A stretch of 64,000 nt of DNA, taken from NCBI GenBank assembly GCA_002722545.1, contig PBMI01000055.1, positions 4,692 to 68,691 on the forward strand, read 5' to 3'. Position numbers and translations under genes: made by a program. The stretch comes from Opitutia bacterium. GTDB taxonomy: Bacteria; Verrucomicrobiota; Verrucomicrobiia; Opitutales; Seribacteraceae. Positions 40,012 through 49,925 of the stretch are shown piece after piece. A model generated the notes under the pieces. That model was not told the origin of the DNA. It made no database searches and saw only the letters and a program-made list of their open reading frames with translations. Each line of letters starts with the position of its first letter. Position 1 is the stretch's first letter.

Positions 40012-40369
40012 ATGTCGGTGCGTCACGTTGAGGATTCCACAAAGAGCCGCGTTCAGCAGCTGCGCTCAGACATTGCGTCCGTGCGCGCTTCCGAGACCGA
40101 GCTCACGTGGGAGCAGCTGAGCGAGGTTGAGAAGAGTGCTGCCGCAACAGGTGTTTCGCCGGACGCATGGAAGCCCATTGCCTGGCTGAACCAGGGCCAT
40201 TACGGTGAGCTGCTGCGAAACAACGCGCTCGACGGACGGCTTACTCAAAAGATCGAGGTATAACTGTGTCCTCAAATCCCGCTTCAGCCGCAACCATGGT
40301 TTGAACCCTGGCCCTAATAGCCTTAAGCCCAACCTTGAGCAGGCGTTCAAGCAGGTTTCCGGCCAGTGA
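40012..40369 (+). CDS. Small protein, probably spliced (exons 40012-40257, 40343-40369); unspliced form ends at 40263
   Basis: GAG|GTATAA donor, CCTAAT branch-like site and GAGCAG| acceptor give ...TQKIE|AFKQVSGQ*. Confidence 0.55.
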
Positions 40370-40640
40370 GCAGCGCGGGCCGCGCGCGAGGCGCGCGGCG
40401 GAAACGGGAGCGGGCGGGCGGGGGCGGGGACGGGGGCGGCAGCGGCTGTGGGGGCGGGGGTGGGAACGGGTTGCGCGCGCGTCGAGTGGGCCTCGTTGGG
40501 CACGGGCACGGCCTTAGGCAACGCGTTGCTATCGCTAGAAATAAAGTAACATTTTGAGAAGCAATTTCTTAATTCAGAAGCTTGCGACTCGTGCGTGGCC
40601 TTTGCCCCGCATCAAGCGTCGCAACCACGCCCAAGGCACC

Positions 40641-41978
40641 ATGGCGCCCCCGACCGCTGCGCCGAGCAGCAGCAGCGGCTCCGAAGCCGAAGCCCAAGAG
40701 CCACAAGAGCAAGCGCCGCAGGTCTTACAACTTGGCCAAAAACTGGATACGGCGGTGCCGCCTCAAGGTGGGGGAGCAAAAGACGCGCTGAGGGAGATGA
40801 TTCGCGAGGAAGAGACGGGCGCCTTCTCTTACGACGTCACTGAGGACGATCTGGGCAACGTGCACCGGGTCGTGTGGCACCGAACGTCAGGCGAGGACGT
40901 CGTTTTTGATCGACCAGACAAGCAAGATGACGACGACTGGGTCCTGTGGCGGATGATGGAGAAGGGCCGTCTTGCAATGAAGGTGAACGCCGAGCTATTG
41001 GACGACCTGCGTAAGGTGACTAGCCTCGTGGAGCCGTACCGCGACGAGCCCCCGCCACCGCTCATGGTCAATGTCAAAACGGGAAAGATCATAGCACGCG
41101 CCGACAACGCCCGGCGCGAACATACCATGCCGGAGCGCATCTATTTTCACCACAAGAAACTCCCAGACAAGGTAACCAAGAAGATTGAGCACAACTACTT
41201 CTTGGAGATCGACGAGCTGATTGCCGACGTGCACGGAAACATGTATCACCCCATGAACGAGGACGTCGGCTCCATGTGCGCGACCACCGGTTTTCCTCAC
41301 GCCATCGCGTTCCAAAAGGAAAAGGGCCGGGGCAAGTCAAAGCCGACGCTGGAATACGTCGTCGCCGCCAGCAACACTGTAGAGCTGAATGTGCGGCTCA
41401 AGCGGCGTGAGCGCGAACCTGTCTACGCCTCAGAGGCCGAACTGATTGAGCTGATTGGGTCGCAGCGCACCGTGGGCCAAATGCAGGACGATCTCACTTA
41501 CGAAAAGGACATGATGCTTTACGTTGCACTCGAGTTTGCCGACGGCGACGATACCTTTGCACGCGTGCCGCCTTCGTGCTTTGTGCAGGAGCCGCTGCTT
41601 GGTGCGCTTTTTTCGCCAGCCGAGTCGGCCCCCTACAAGGGCGGCTTCTACGAGTTTCCCATGACGCGTGGCGTGGCCTCAATCAACTTTCGCATCGCCA
41701 AGGGCGTCACAACGTTCGCTCTCAAGAAGGCGTGCAAGGGACGCCAATTCCGCTTTGTTGTCAAGGCGCTCAACCCGTACCTGTGCGGGCTCGCGGGCTT
41801 CACCGCGCGCACGCGAGGCTTCTGCATCAAGGGTGTGCTGCACAACGACGCCAAGTCGCAGGAGCGCTACGTCAAGACAAAGGAGGGAGTTTGTGCGTCG
41901 CCCGAGGCCGACTGCCCCGAAGACGTGCCAAAGAGGGCACCGGCGAAGAAAAAGCAAAAGGTGAAGAAGGAGGAGTGA
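40641..41978 (+). CDS. Hypothetical nuclear protein, possible Ig-fold DNA-binding C-terminal domain
   Basis: Beta-rich segment GVASINFRI..GRQFRFVV; basic C-terminal NLS; upstream motif at 40582. Confidence 0.6.
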   Translation: MAPPTAAPSSSSGSEAEAQEPQEQAPQVLQLGQKLDTAVPPQGGGAKDALREMIREEETGAFSYDVTEDDLGNVHRVVWHRTSGEDVVFDRPDKQDDDDWVLWRMMEKGRLAMKVNAELLDDLRKVTSLVEPYRDEPPPPLMVNVKTGKIIARADNARREHTMPERIYFHHKKLPDKVTKKIEHNYFLEIDELIADVHGNMYHPMNEDVGSMCATTGFPHAIAFQKEKGRGKSKPTLEYVVAASNTVELNVRLKRREREPVYASEAELIELIGSQRTVGQMQDDLTYEKDMMLYVALEFADGDDTFARVPPSCFVQEPLLGALFSPAESAPYKGGFYEFPMTRGVASINFRIAKGVTTFALKKACKGRQFRFVVKALNPYLCGLAGFTARTRGFCIKGVLHNDAKSQERYVKTKEGVCASPEADCPEDVPKRAPAKKKQKVKKEE

Positions 41979-42216
41979 GTTGAGACGCGCGCGGGAAGGA
42001 AAGCGTGCAACTCAATGCTTGCGTAAGTTGCGACTTGTGTGTGTGTATGTGTGTGTGTGTGTGTGTGCGCGCAAGGGGTCTTTTATTTACAACGACCTGC
42101 CGTTTAGCTTTAAAGATGGGTTTGACTATTGCGGTGGTATGGACCCGCTGTACATGTGCCGGCTGAGCTCCAAGCTGTTTGTCCACTAGGCGCGCGGAGT
42201 TGCGCGCGGCAATGCC

Positions 42217-42852
42217 TTAGTTTGGCGCGCGTGTCCGGGCCGCCCAAGCCGCCACCGCTCTTGCCTCTGCTCTTGCCGCTGCCCACCTTCTCGCCATTGC
42301 CGATTTTGCCTCATAAGCCGCCTCTTTCGCAACACTTGCTTCTTTCCTTGCCTTGACCGTTTCCTCAGTCGCGTCTTGCGTCGCCTTTTTTGCCTCTTCT
42401 GCTGCCGCTGTCGCCTTCTTCAACGCTTCCGTCGCCGCAATTGCTGCCTCGCGGCTTTCTTGCAACGCCAACTGTGCCATTTGCGATAACTCCCTTGTCC
42501 GGGCCGCCGCCCGCACTGCGTCTTGCAACCTCCCCTCGTTGACTGCCTTGTCTGTCTCCTGTTGTTTTTCCACCGCTTGCGCTGTCAGCGACGCCAACGT
42601 GCTTTCCGCTCTTGCAGACCTCAGCTTTGCCGCCTTTGCCTGATTAAACGATGCATCCGCATGTTTGCTTGCTTCATACGCCCGGTTCTCCGCCGCTGTC
42701 GCCCTCTCCCGCGCTGCTCCCGCCCGCAACTTTGCCACCCTTATTGCGGCGTGCGCCGCCTCCAGCTTCCTGAAGTCCTCTTCTAGTGAGCCGGTGGGGG
42801 CCAAGTGGTTCTGCCCGGCGGCGAGCACGGCGGCAAGGCGGGTTGACGACAT
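42217..42852 (-). CDS. Ala-rich coiled-coil protein with RLxxVLAxG leader
   Basis: MSSTRLAAVLAAGQNHLAPTG followed by heptad-like repeats. Confidence 0.7.
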   Translation of the reverse strand: MSSTRLAAVLAAGQNHLAPTGSLEEDFRKLEAAHAAIRVAKLRAGAARERATAAENRAYEASKHADASFNQAKAAKLRSARAESTLASLTAQAVEKQQETDKAVNEGRLQDAVRAAARTRELSQMAQLALQESREAAIAATEALKKATAAAEEAKKATQDATEETVKARKEASVAKEAAYEAKSAMARRWAAARAEARAVAAWAARTRAPN

Positions 42853-43009
42853 AGTGCTAGTCCCACTTACTTAAAAACGCACGCTTTCAGGTGTTATTGG
42901 GTTTTATGAAATTTGCAAACCTGCACGTCTTGCCCAACCAAAATCCCCGTCTCACACAACGACAACGCCATCCGACTCCCCCTTGCCCCCGCTCCGTCAC
43001 CACTTCTAT

Positions 43010-44542
43010 CTATTTTTCCTCCTCGGTGTCAGAGCCTCCATCCAAAAAATCAGCGTTCGGCTCGGCGTCCTCGGCAAAAAAACCGTCCACCTCCTCTCGC
43101 GTCGGCGTGCGCGGCGGCGAGAGCACTTCAGGTGGCTCGTGCAGATCGTCCCACCTCTTATTTTCCAATGCTCCCAAGCTTTGCAAGTGGCCCCTGTCAT
43201 CAAACGACACTCCTTCAATTTTTGGAAAGCGGCTCCTCGCGCGCTTCATAGCCTTCTCAAACCACTGAGCTTCTTGCTCCTTTGAAACGACCTGCAATTC
43301 CCACATGCCGTCGGCCAGCTTCGAAAGGAATTCGGCGTACTCTAGCAGCACGGGATTCAGTGTGAGCAAGAAGTACGCGCGGTACATCATTGCCGCCTTG
43401 TACATTTCGCCGCCATACTTGTGTAACTCCGCGTAGATCGACCTCAACTCCGCGTACATTGCCACCTTCTGTTTCTCGGGCGTAAATTGCGCGTCGTCGT
43501 CCTCGGGCGGTTCTAGGTTTTCTGGGTCTGCAAGAAATACGCGCGCGTCTTGCTTGTCGTAGGTGCCCGTGTACCGATGAGTGTCGTACAAAAAGTGCGT
43601 GATGTGATACAGTGCCAGCATCTCGATCCCACCCTCGTCGTCAGGGCGCAGCACGTTGTCGGGAATCAGCGTGCTGCCGCTCACAAAGTTCAGCGGCTCA
43701 ACGCCTCTTTGATTAGGATCCACGCCCAACTTGAGCACCCACCGCACTTTCTGTAGAACGTTTGCGGTTGTTTTCAGAATGGCAATGTACAGCAAGGTGT
43801 ATGGTGCAAAGAAGCAGAACGCCTGGCCTTCGTAAAAGCGCGGTTTGTCGACGTTGATGATTTCATCGTAAACGGGCGTAGCCATGTTGTGCCGCAAGCT
43901 GATGTACCCTGCCTCAATGGCCAACCGAAGCGGTATCGACGAAAGTTGGTTCGGATCCGTACGCCAAGCAAAGTTGAGCGCCCAAATGCAGAACCAATAT
44001 ATTTCATACCCTTGAAATCCCTCGGGCCTCTCGGCGACATATTCATCTTCATCTTCCAAGTCCCATAGTTGCTGTTCCAAAAACGTCGCCAATGCTGCGA
44101 ACTGATTTTCGTCGTGCGTCTCCGCATCGTACGACACATCTTCCCGAGGAACTACGAGGTCCCCGCGTGCCTCGACCTTCTTGGCGATGGCCATAAAACG
44201 ATCAAAGCGGCCCCGGTTCCATCGTCGGCACAACCAGAGCAGATGGTGCTTGGGATGCTGCTGTGGCCTTGCGTTTTTGAAGGTTGGGAAGATGAGGTCC
44301 CGCACGCGGCTCCAGAATTCGCGATTGCACGCTTTTGTGTGCGTGGCGCACCACTTTTGTACAAGTTGGCACACGTCGTCGCGATTTCCCTTGTTCAGCG
44401 CCGTGAGAATCAAGACTAAAAGATCGTTGGTTTCCAGGACTGCGTCGCGGGCGGCCGTGCTCCCGTTCTTGCCCGCACTCGTGGGACACGTGGGGCGCGC
44501 ATCAAGCGAGAGGCGCCCTAAGTCGGGAAGAAAGGGTGCCAT
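43010..44542 (-). CDS. LPxL-leader protein with F-box-like and ankyrin-like segments
   Basis: FLPDLGRLSL leader; AVLETNDLLVLIL; VRWVLKLGVDPN. Confidence 0.65.
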   Translation of the reverse strand: MAPFLPDLGRLSLDARPTCPTSAGKNGSTAARDAVLETNDLLVLILTALNKGNRDDVCQLVQKWCATHTKACNREFWSRVRDLIFPTFKNARPQQHPKHHLLWLCRRWNRGRFDRFMAIAKKVEARGDLVVPREDVSYDAETHDENQFAALATFLEQQLWDLEDEDEYVAERPEGFQGYEIYWFCIWALNFAWRTDPNQLSSIPLRLAIEAGYISLRHNMATPVYDEIINVDKPRFYEGQAFCFFAPYTLLYIAILKTTANVLQKVRWVLKLGVDPNQRGVEPLNFVSGSTLIPDNVLRPDDEGGIEMLALYHITHFLYDTHRYTGTYDKQDARVFLADPENLEPPEDDDAQFTPEKQKVAMYAELRSIYAELHKYGGEMYKAAMMYRAYFLLTLNPVLLEYAEFLSKLADGMWELQVVSKEQEAQWFEKAMKRARSRFPKIEGVSFDDRGHLQSLGALENKRWDDLHEPPEVLSPPRTPTREEVDGFFAEDAEPNADFLDGGSDTEEEK

Positions 44543-44650
44543 GCACTTTTCTCGCTACTACACGCACAAAGCGCACGGCTTATGATTATTAACACTTTTT
44601 AATGTGATCTGTGGCGTCGACCGCAGGGATCGCGTCGTCAACAGAAAGCG

Positions 44651-46099
44651 TCAGTAGTGTGTGCCAAAAACCACGCGCGGCGTTTCCTTTACGAGTCCCA
44701 AATCCGCGATGGCGTTTGTCACGCTGCGCCCCTGAAACTTGCTGTCGTGCAGCGCGACGGTCCTGTTAAAAATGTGCGGACGGATTGCTTCCACGACCGT
44801 CCAGGCGTCGCGCTCGCGCGCGATGCAGTCCACAAAAACGAGGCCACGGTTTAGGTCGCCCATGCGCAGCTCTGAGCGACCCCACACGCGCTGATAAAGC
44901 TTGATGAGCGTATTGCAAAGCGTCTGCACCCGCATGAAGACGTTGTCGGTCTTGTTTTCGAGGATGAAGATGAGCTCAAAGTTGACCGTGCCGCTCAGCA
45001 GCGCAATGATTGGAAAGCCGAGCCACGACGGGTCGGGTGAGAAGGCGTTGGCGTCGCTCAAGCGAATAACGCCTCGCCACTTCTTAAAGTTGCGCTCGTA
45101 CAAACCGCACACAAGAGAGCACGTGTCGAGCTGCATCGACATGCACGCGGCGGAGCAATCGTGCGGGTCGACGTGCGGCACCATGCTGCCGCAGCCGAGG
45201 CACTCGCGGTGCAGGGTGATCGGGTCGTCCTTCCTGTGCTCCACGTAGGTCACACCCAAAGCGATCTTGCGCGCCGACCCAAAGAAAAGCACGCGCAGTA
45301 CGGCATCGGGCGCGAGCCACTCAAGCAGGTCTACGTGCGGCACGTGATCATGAACTCGCACTTCCACCTTGCGCTTTTGCATCCATTTGTTCTCAGCCAT
45401 GCGTTGAATGTCAAACTCCACGGCCGCAACAACGTACCGTTCCGGATCTTCGTCAAAGAGGTGCTTGGCCTCCTTGTACTCGGCCCAGTGCGGGCCCTTG
45501 GCGGTGCTTGCGCGCGAATCTATGTCGATGACGTAAACGCGCGAGGCCGCGTACGAGCTTGGCTTGCCCGCTGCACCCGAATTGCCGTGGCAGCTGCGCG
45601 CAAGCCACGAGCCAATTGAGATGCGCTGCATCGTGGGCGTCGACCAGAACGTGCGCCCGTAGGTCTTGCGCAGCATCCTTTCCGCGTCGCGCAGCTCAGT
45701 GCCTGCCAGGAAGGTGTTCATGCTTGCGTCAAAGCGTCCCTTAAGCCGGTGCATGTACACGGCGCGCGGCGCATTCTTGCGACCGATGAACCAGCCCCAG
45801 CCCGAGCCCACCACGCTTGGCCGCTTGCCGGTGTCGTCCCACACGGTGCACAGCTTGGCCGTGAGCGCCTCCGGCGTCGTAGGCGCCGAGAAGCACCCGA
45901 AGGGCGAGTGGCCCGCAAGAATGCGGGCGCGCGCGCCCGCGCTGGTAAGCCGGCAGCGCAGTAGCAGTGCAAGCAGCGCCCCGCCCAGCAAGCCAAAGAA
46001 CGCGACGGGGTCTTCGCGCTGGAATGAAAAGGCCACGAGCATCCCGACAAAGGCGCCTGTGAGCAGAGGCGCAAACGCAAGCCAGAACCACAAAGCCAT
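44651..46099 (-). CDS. Membrane-anchored FAD-linked oxidase (aldonolactone oxidase/VAO-PCMH family-like)
   Basis: Two N-terminal TM helices, then PTTPEAL, VVGSGW, AGTEL and ISIGSWLARSCHG. Confidence 0.75.
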   Translation of the reverse strand: MALWFWLAFAPLLTGAFVGMLVAFSFQREDPVAFFGLLGGALLALLLRCRLTSAGARARILAGHSPFGCFSAPTTPEALTAKLCTVWDDTGKRPSVVGSGWGWFIGRKNAPRAVYMHRLKGRFDASMNTFLAGTELRDAERMLRKTYGRTFWSTPTMQRISIGSWLARSCHGNSGAAGKPSSYAASRVYVIDIDSRASTAKGPHWAEYKEAKHLFDEDPERYVVAAVEFDIQRMAENKWMQKRKVEVRVHDHVPHVDLLEWLAPDAVLRVLFFGSARKIALGVTYVEHRKDDPITLHRECLGCGSMVPHVDPHDCSAACMSMQLDTCSLVCGLYERNFKKWRGVIRLSDANAFSPDPSWLGFPIIALLSGTVNFELIFILENKTDNVFMRVQTLCNTLIKLYQRVWGRSELRMGDLNRGLVFVDCIARERDAWTVVEAIRPHIFNRTVALHDSKFQGRSVTNAIADLGLVKETPRVVFGTHY

Positions 46100-46284
46100 T
46101 TTTTTCTTGCCGCAAACGCAGGCAACGGCCAACTATCTATAGCAGCGCGCCTTGAGAGATATGGCTTTGTAGCCGCGCACGACGCGAGTCGCACTCGCAT
46201 CAAATTGGCAGGTTGGAGGGCGCGTTTGGCGCATTCGCCATTTCGCCCACAAGACACCCCTTTTAAGAAAAAAGAGCCGCGGTC

Positions 46285-47013
46285 ATGCGCAAGCCCGTGG
46301 TGCGGCTTGCCAACCTGCAAACGCGCGCGGAGGCCTTCTCCTTTTTGCGCGCCGCTTTTGACAAACAGCTGGAGGCGGCAATCGACAACAATGCTCAGCC
46401 AAATTCGGTGATTGCGGGCGACTACGGCGCGCGCCAAGCCTTCAACGCGCTGCTCTCGCCGAGCGAGCAGCGCATCTTTTTTCGACAGATTGTTTCTGAC
46501 CCGCGATACTGGCCACGCATCCGCGCGCTCATCGGCAGCCCGCCGTTTACATTTTTACTGCCCGAGGATGAGGGTCTGCTGCGCGCGGGCGGCATCTGCC
46601 GCAACCGCACCAATCTGACCACAAAGGAATCGAGCATCTCTAAAGTGCCTGATTTCACGGGTGGGCACTTTTATGACAACGCCGAGCGCATCTACCGCGT
46701 GATCAACCACGATTACACGGACTCGAGTTTGCCCTGGCAAAACATCGGCCTGCAGCAGCAGCTCATTGTGGACGTGCGCCTCAAAAGATACTCTTACAAA
46801 ACCAAGGTGGCTATCTACCGCGGCACGGACGCTTCGGGTGCTCAACAGGCGTCTCTCATGTTTCCACGGCCGAGTGAAAGCGTGCAGCTCTACCTGGTTA
46901 AGCATCTGGAGATGACTGGGCCGTATTCGATCACCGTCAAGGTGGACTCGGGCAGGCAGAAGGCCAAGTTTAGTCCGATTGCCAGACTGCTTGTAACCGT
47001 ACTAAAAATGTAA
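46285..47013 (+). CDS. Hypothetical protein
   Basis: 242 aa ATG ORF with globular composition. Confidence 0.7.
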   Translation: MRKPVVRLANLQTRAEAFSFLRAAFDKQLEAAIDNNAQPNSVIAGDYGARQAFNALLSPSEQRIFFRQIVSDPRYWPRIRALIGSPPFTFLLPEDEGLLRAGGICRNRTNLTTKESSISKVPDFTGGHFYDNAERIYRVINHDYTDSSLPWQNIGLQQQLIVDVRLKRYSYKTKVAIYRGTDASGAQQASLMFPRPSESVQLYLVKHLEMTGPYSITVKVDSGRQKAKFSPIARLLVTVLKM

Positions 47014-47017
47014 CTCG

Positions 47018-47470
47018 TTACACAGCCTCGCCTTCGCCCGTCCTCGGCTGGTAGAGGTGAAACGCGGGCCGCGCGATCGGAAGCAGCAAGCCCACGGCCA
47101 CGCGCGTACCGGAAACAATGCGCGTGAGATCGCCCACTCCGTTTCTGGTGGCCGGCCGGCGCACGCGCACCACAAGCTCTTCAGTAGCGTCGTAGTCCAG
47201 CACCTGACTTTGCACCTCCCAGTCAAGCCCCGCGTCGCGCACGAGCAGAACGAGCATGAAGGGTAGCCCAAAGCTCAGGCCTGTGCGCACAGAGACCCAG
47301 TCGCACCCGTCCACGGCCACGCTTTCGTTTGCGTAGATTGAAAACTGACTTGCACTTGGCGTCTCGTACCGCGGAGGCAGCGCACCCTCTGCCACCGTCA
47401 CGTCGAGCGTCAGGTCAAAGGCGTCGGTTGAGGGGTGATTGTGCGCGTCGCTGGATTGGAAAGCGCCCAT
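47018..47470 (-). CDS. Degenerate dUTPase-like protein with possible N-myristoylation site
   Basis: LPPRYETPSASQFSIYA, VRTGLSFGLP, VLDYD and GTRVAVGLL echo dUTPase motifs 1-4 with catalytic residues altered and motif 5 absent. Starts MGAFQS. Confidence 0.6.
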   Translation of the reverse strand: MGAFQSSDAHNHPSTDAFDLTLDVTVAEGALPPRYETPSASQFSIYANESVAVDGCDWVSVRTGLSFGLPFMLVLLVRDAGLDWEVQSQVLDYDATEELVVRVRRPATRNGVGDLTRIVSGTRVAVGLLLPIARPAFHLYQPRTGEGEAV

Positions 47471-47655
47471 ACAATGTGTGCTCGCGTGCGGTCACGTGCT
47501 TAAGCGCACATCCTAAAGCACTAGCGAGATCGTTGGCATCCCGCGCGCGTTGCCCCGCGAACGCCGGCAAGTAAGGCGCAACCCACAATTTGCTTCTTGT
47601 GAGCTTGGTTGCAATCGGTATCTTACGTTCGGTTGCCCTTTGCCCGCATTTGCAG

Positions 47656-49668
47656 ATGGAGCAATCCCGCTTGGCGGCAGCGGCAGCGAAGGCAAGGGCG
47701 GCGATGCTCGAATTCGGCCGACGCACCGTGAGGCGCGCGTCGGAGACGGCGGACCCTCCGGGCTTGCCGGACCGCGACACGGTCAAGATCCAGGGGCTGC
47801 AGGCGCGCGCCGACCTCAACGGCCTCTTCGCCAGCGTGCTCAACCTCCCCATTCGCAGCGACGGGCGCATCGGCGTCAAGGTCTGCGCTTCTGAGGAGCG
47901 CGTGTGGATCAGGCGCGAGAACACTGTGCCCCTCACGAGAGAGTGAGTCGAGGGCGAGCGCGGCAACCCGGAGGGCGTCGAGGCGATGTACAGGTCGATC
48001 GAGGGCGCGCGGCGCGGCGAACCCAACACCAAGTGCTACGTGATCACGCTCGCCAACGGAAAGAAGCACGAGCTGTGGACCCCGCAGTTGTTTGGGCCCG
48101 CCTCAAAGGAACCCGCGCCCGCGCCCGCGCCCCGACCCAACGAGCCGGTCTACCTCTTCCAAGACATGTACGAGTCGGTTGAGGCGCCCGCGCTCGCGCC
48201 ATCGTTTTCCACCCGCGCGGGAATGATCGACAAAGTGGAGATGCTCGACCAGACCGTCTACGAGTCGATCGAGGCGCCCGCGCCCGCGCCCGCGCCCGCG
48301 GCCGCGGCCGTCGACCGTCGCGCCGAGGGGCTCAAGGCCTTTCGCGAGCGCGCGGCGAAGCTCTGCCCCCGACTGCACTACTGCATCTACTGCGGCTCCG
48401 AGGGCTTTTACGGGGACAAGTGCGCGCCGTGCGGCTTCTACCGCGGCAGCATTTGCTTCCCTCCCAAAGGTGGCGACACCTTCATGGGCCGCAAGCTGGC
48501 CTACGTCAAGTGGCCGTGGCAGGGCGAGCCCGACGCGCCCTACGTGCGCGCGGGCGCGGCGCCTGATGCCGAGCCTGAGCCGGTGCCAGAGGTCGCGCTG
48601 ACGCCGCACGAAAATTACTTTGCGGACGTCGGCATGCACATGCAGCGGTGGGACACGGACCAATCGGGCTTTGCCGAGGGCGTATACCTCGCGCACACCT
48701 ACGAAGACGACGACTACTTTGCGCCCGGCACGGTAAAGCTCTGGAAAGGCAAACCGCCTGGCCTTGACACGCTGCAATGGGCGCCGCGCCGTTTCTTGGG
48801 GTCGCCAGGGGAACAGACGATTGCGATCAAGGACATCGTCTCGGTCTCAGTGGTTGAGACGACCTTTGACGTCGCGTTTGTGGTGCACGACCCAGCGCCT
48901 TCGTCCTCGTCGAGGCCCTGGTTGCGCGACGCGCCGTACGTCCAGTACCACCTGGACTTTGCTGCCACCGCTGACGACTACGACGACAAAGACACCAATG
49001 GCACAACGTTACCGGCCCATGAGCGCTTTTACGCGGCGCTCACTTCGATGATGGGCAACGACGACCTCGTGCACTCGACGACTTCGGCCAAGATCGCAAC
49101 GGGAATGCTCCCAGAGCCAAAGTTTTTACGCGTCCGCACGGCAGGCAGACCGCCCAAGAACGAACCCAAGTCCAAGTACGCCGCGGACCCGCCGCCCGTG
49201 CGCGCAATGACGCGCGACGAGGTGCTCGGTCCGAACCCGTGCGCCGAGGTGTGCCCCAAGTACCCAAACTGCACGGCCGCGCGGCTCGTCGCGTACGTGC
49301 TCGGCAAGGTCGACCACGTCACGTCCGGCGTGAAGGCGGACTTCCGCTACCACCTCCGAACCAACGAGGACTGGCGCAAGACGCGCGAGCGCATCATCGA
49401 GATCCACGAGGCCGGCGAGGAGAACGCGGCCGAGGTGCTGCACGAGGAGTACCTCGTCGCGCACCACACCCTAAGCCAGACCGCGCCGGCGTACCTGCCG
49501 GCCGACTGGGACGGCATGAAGCGGCGCGTCAAGGCGCGCCAGAAGAAGGACAAGGGGGCGGAGGAACGGGTGCCGCTCGAGTACCCGGACTCCGACGCCG
49601 ACGAGGAGGACGTGGCCGCCTACCTGGAGGCCAAGGTGGCCCAGCTGAACGCGAACGCCGCGGCTTAA
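47656..49668 (+). CDS. Multidomain protein (SH3-like, Zn finger, PH-like) broken by one in-frame TGA at 47944; alternatively two genes, 47656-47946 and 47986-49668
   Basis: Both ORFs are in the same frame. Motifs: VKIQGLQARADLNG..GRIGV; CIYC..CAPC; LQW..IAIKDIVSV..ERFYAAL. Confidence 0.65.
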
Positions 49669-49925
49669 GACACGTGAGGACCGCGTGCAGAGAGAGAGAG
49701 AGTCGCGTGCGTGTGCGTAACGGTTCATAACAACTTAAGGGTGTGTACCTTCCCTTGAGGCCTTGCGCTTGCGTGCACACCCGGGGCCACCAGCGAGATT
49801 GCTGGCATTCTGCGCGTGTTGCTCCGCGTAAGTTGGTGATTGGGGCACAACCTACGATTTGCAACTGGTGAGCGTAGGTGCAATCGGTATCTTACGACCC
49901 AATTGCTTCCTGCCCGCGTTTGCAG

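Noticed and set aside
42036-42066. (GT)n microsatellite-like tracts (also near 54858 and 25615)
   Set aside because: Short simple repeats just downstream of stops, with no further structure.
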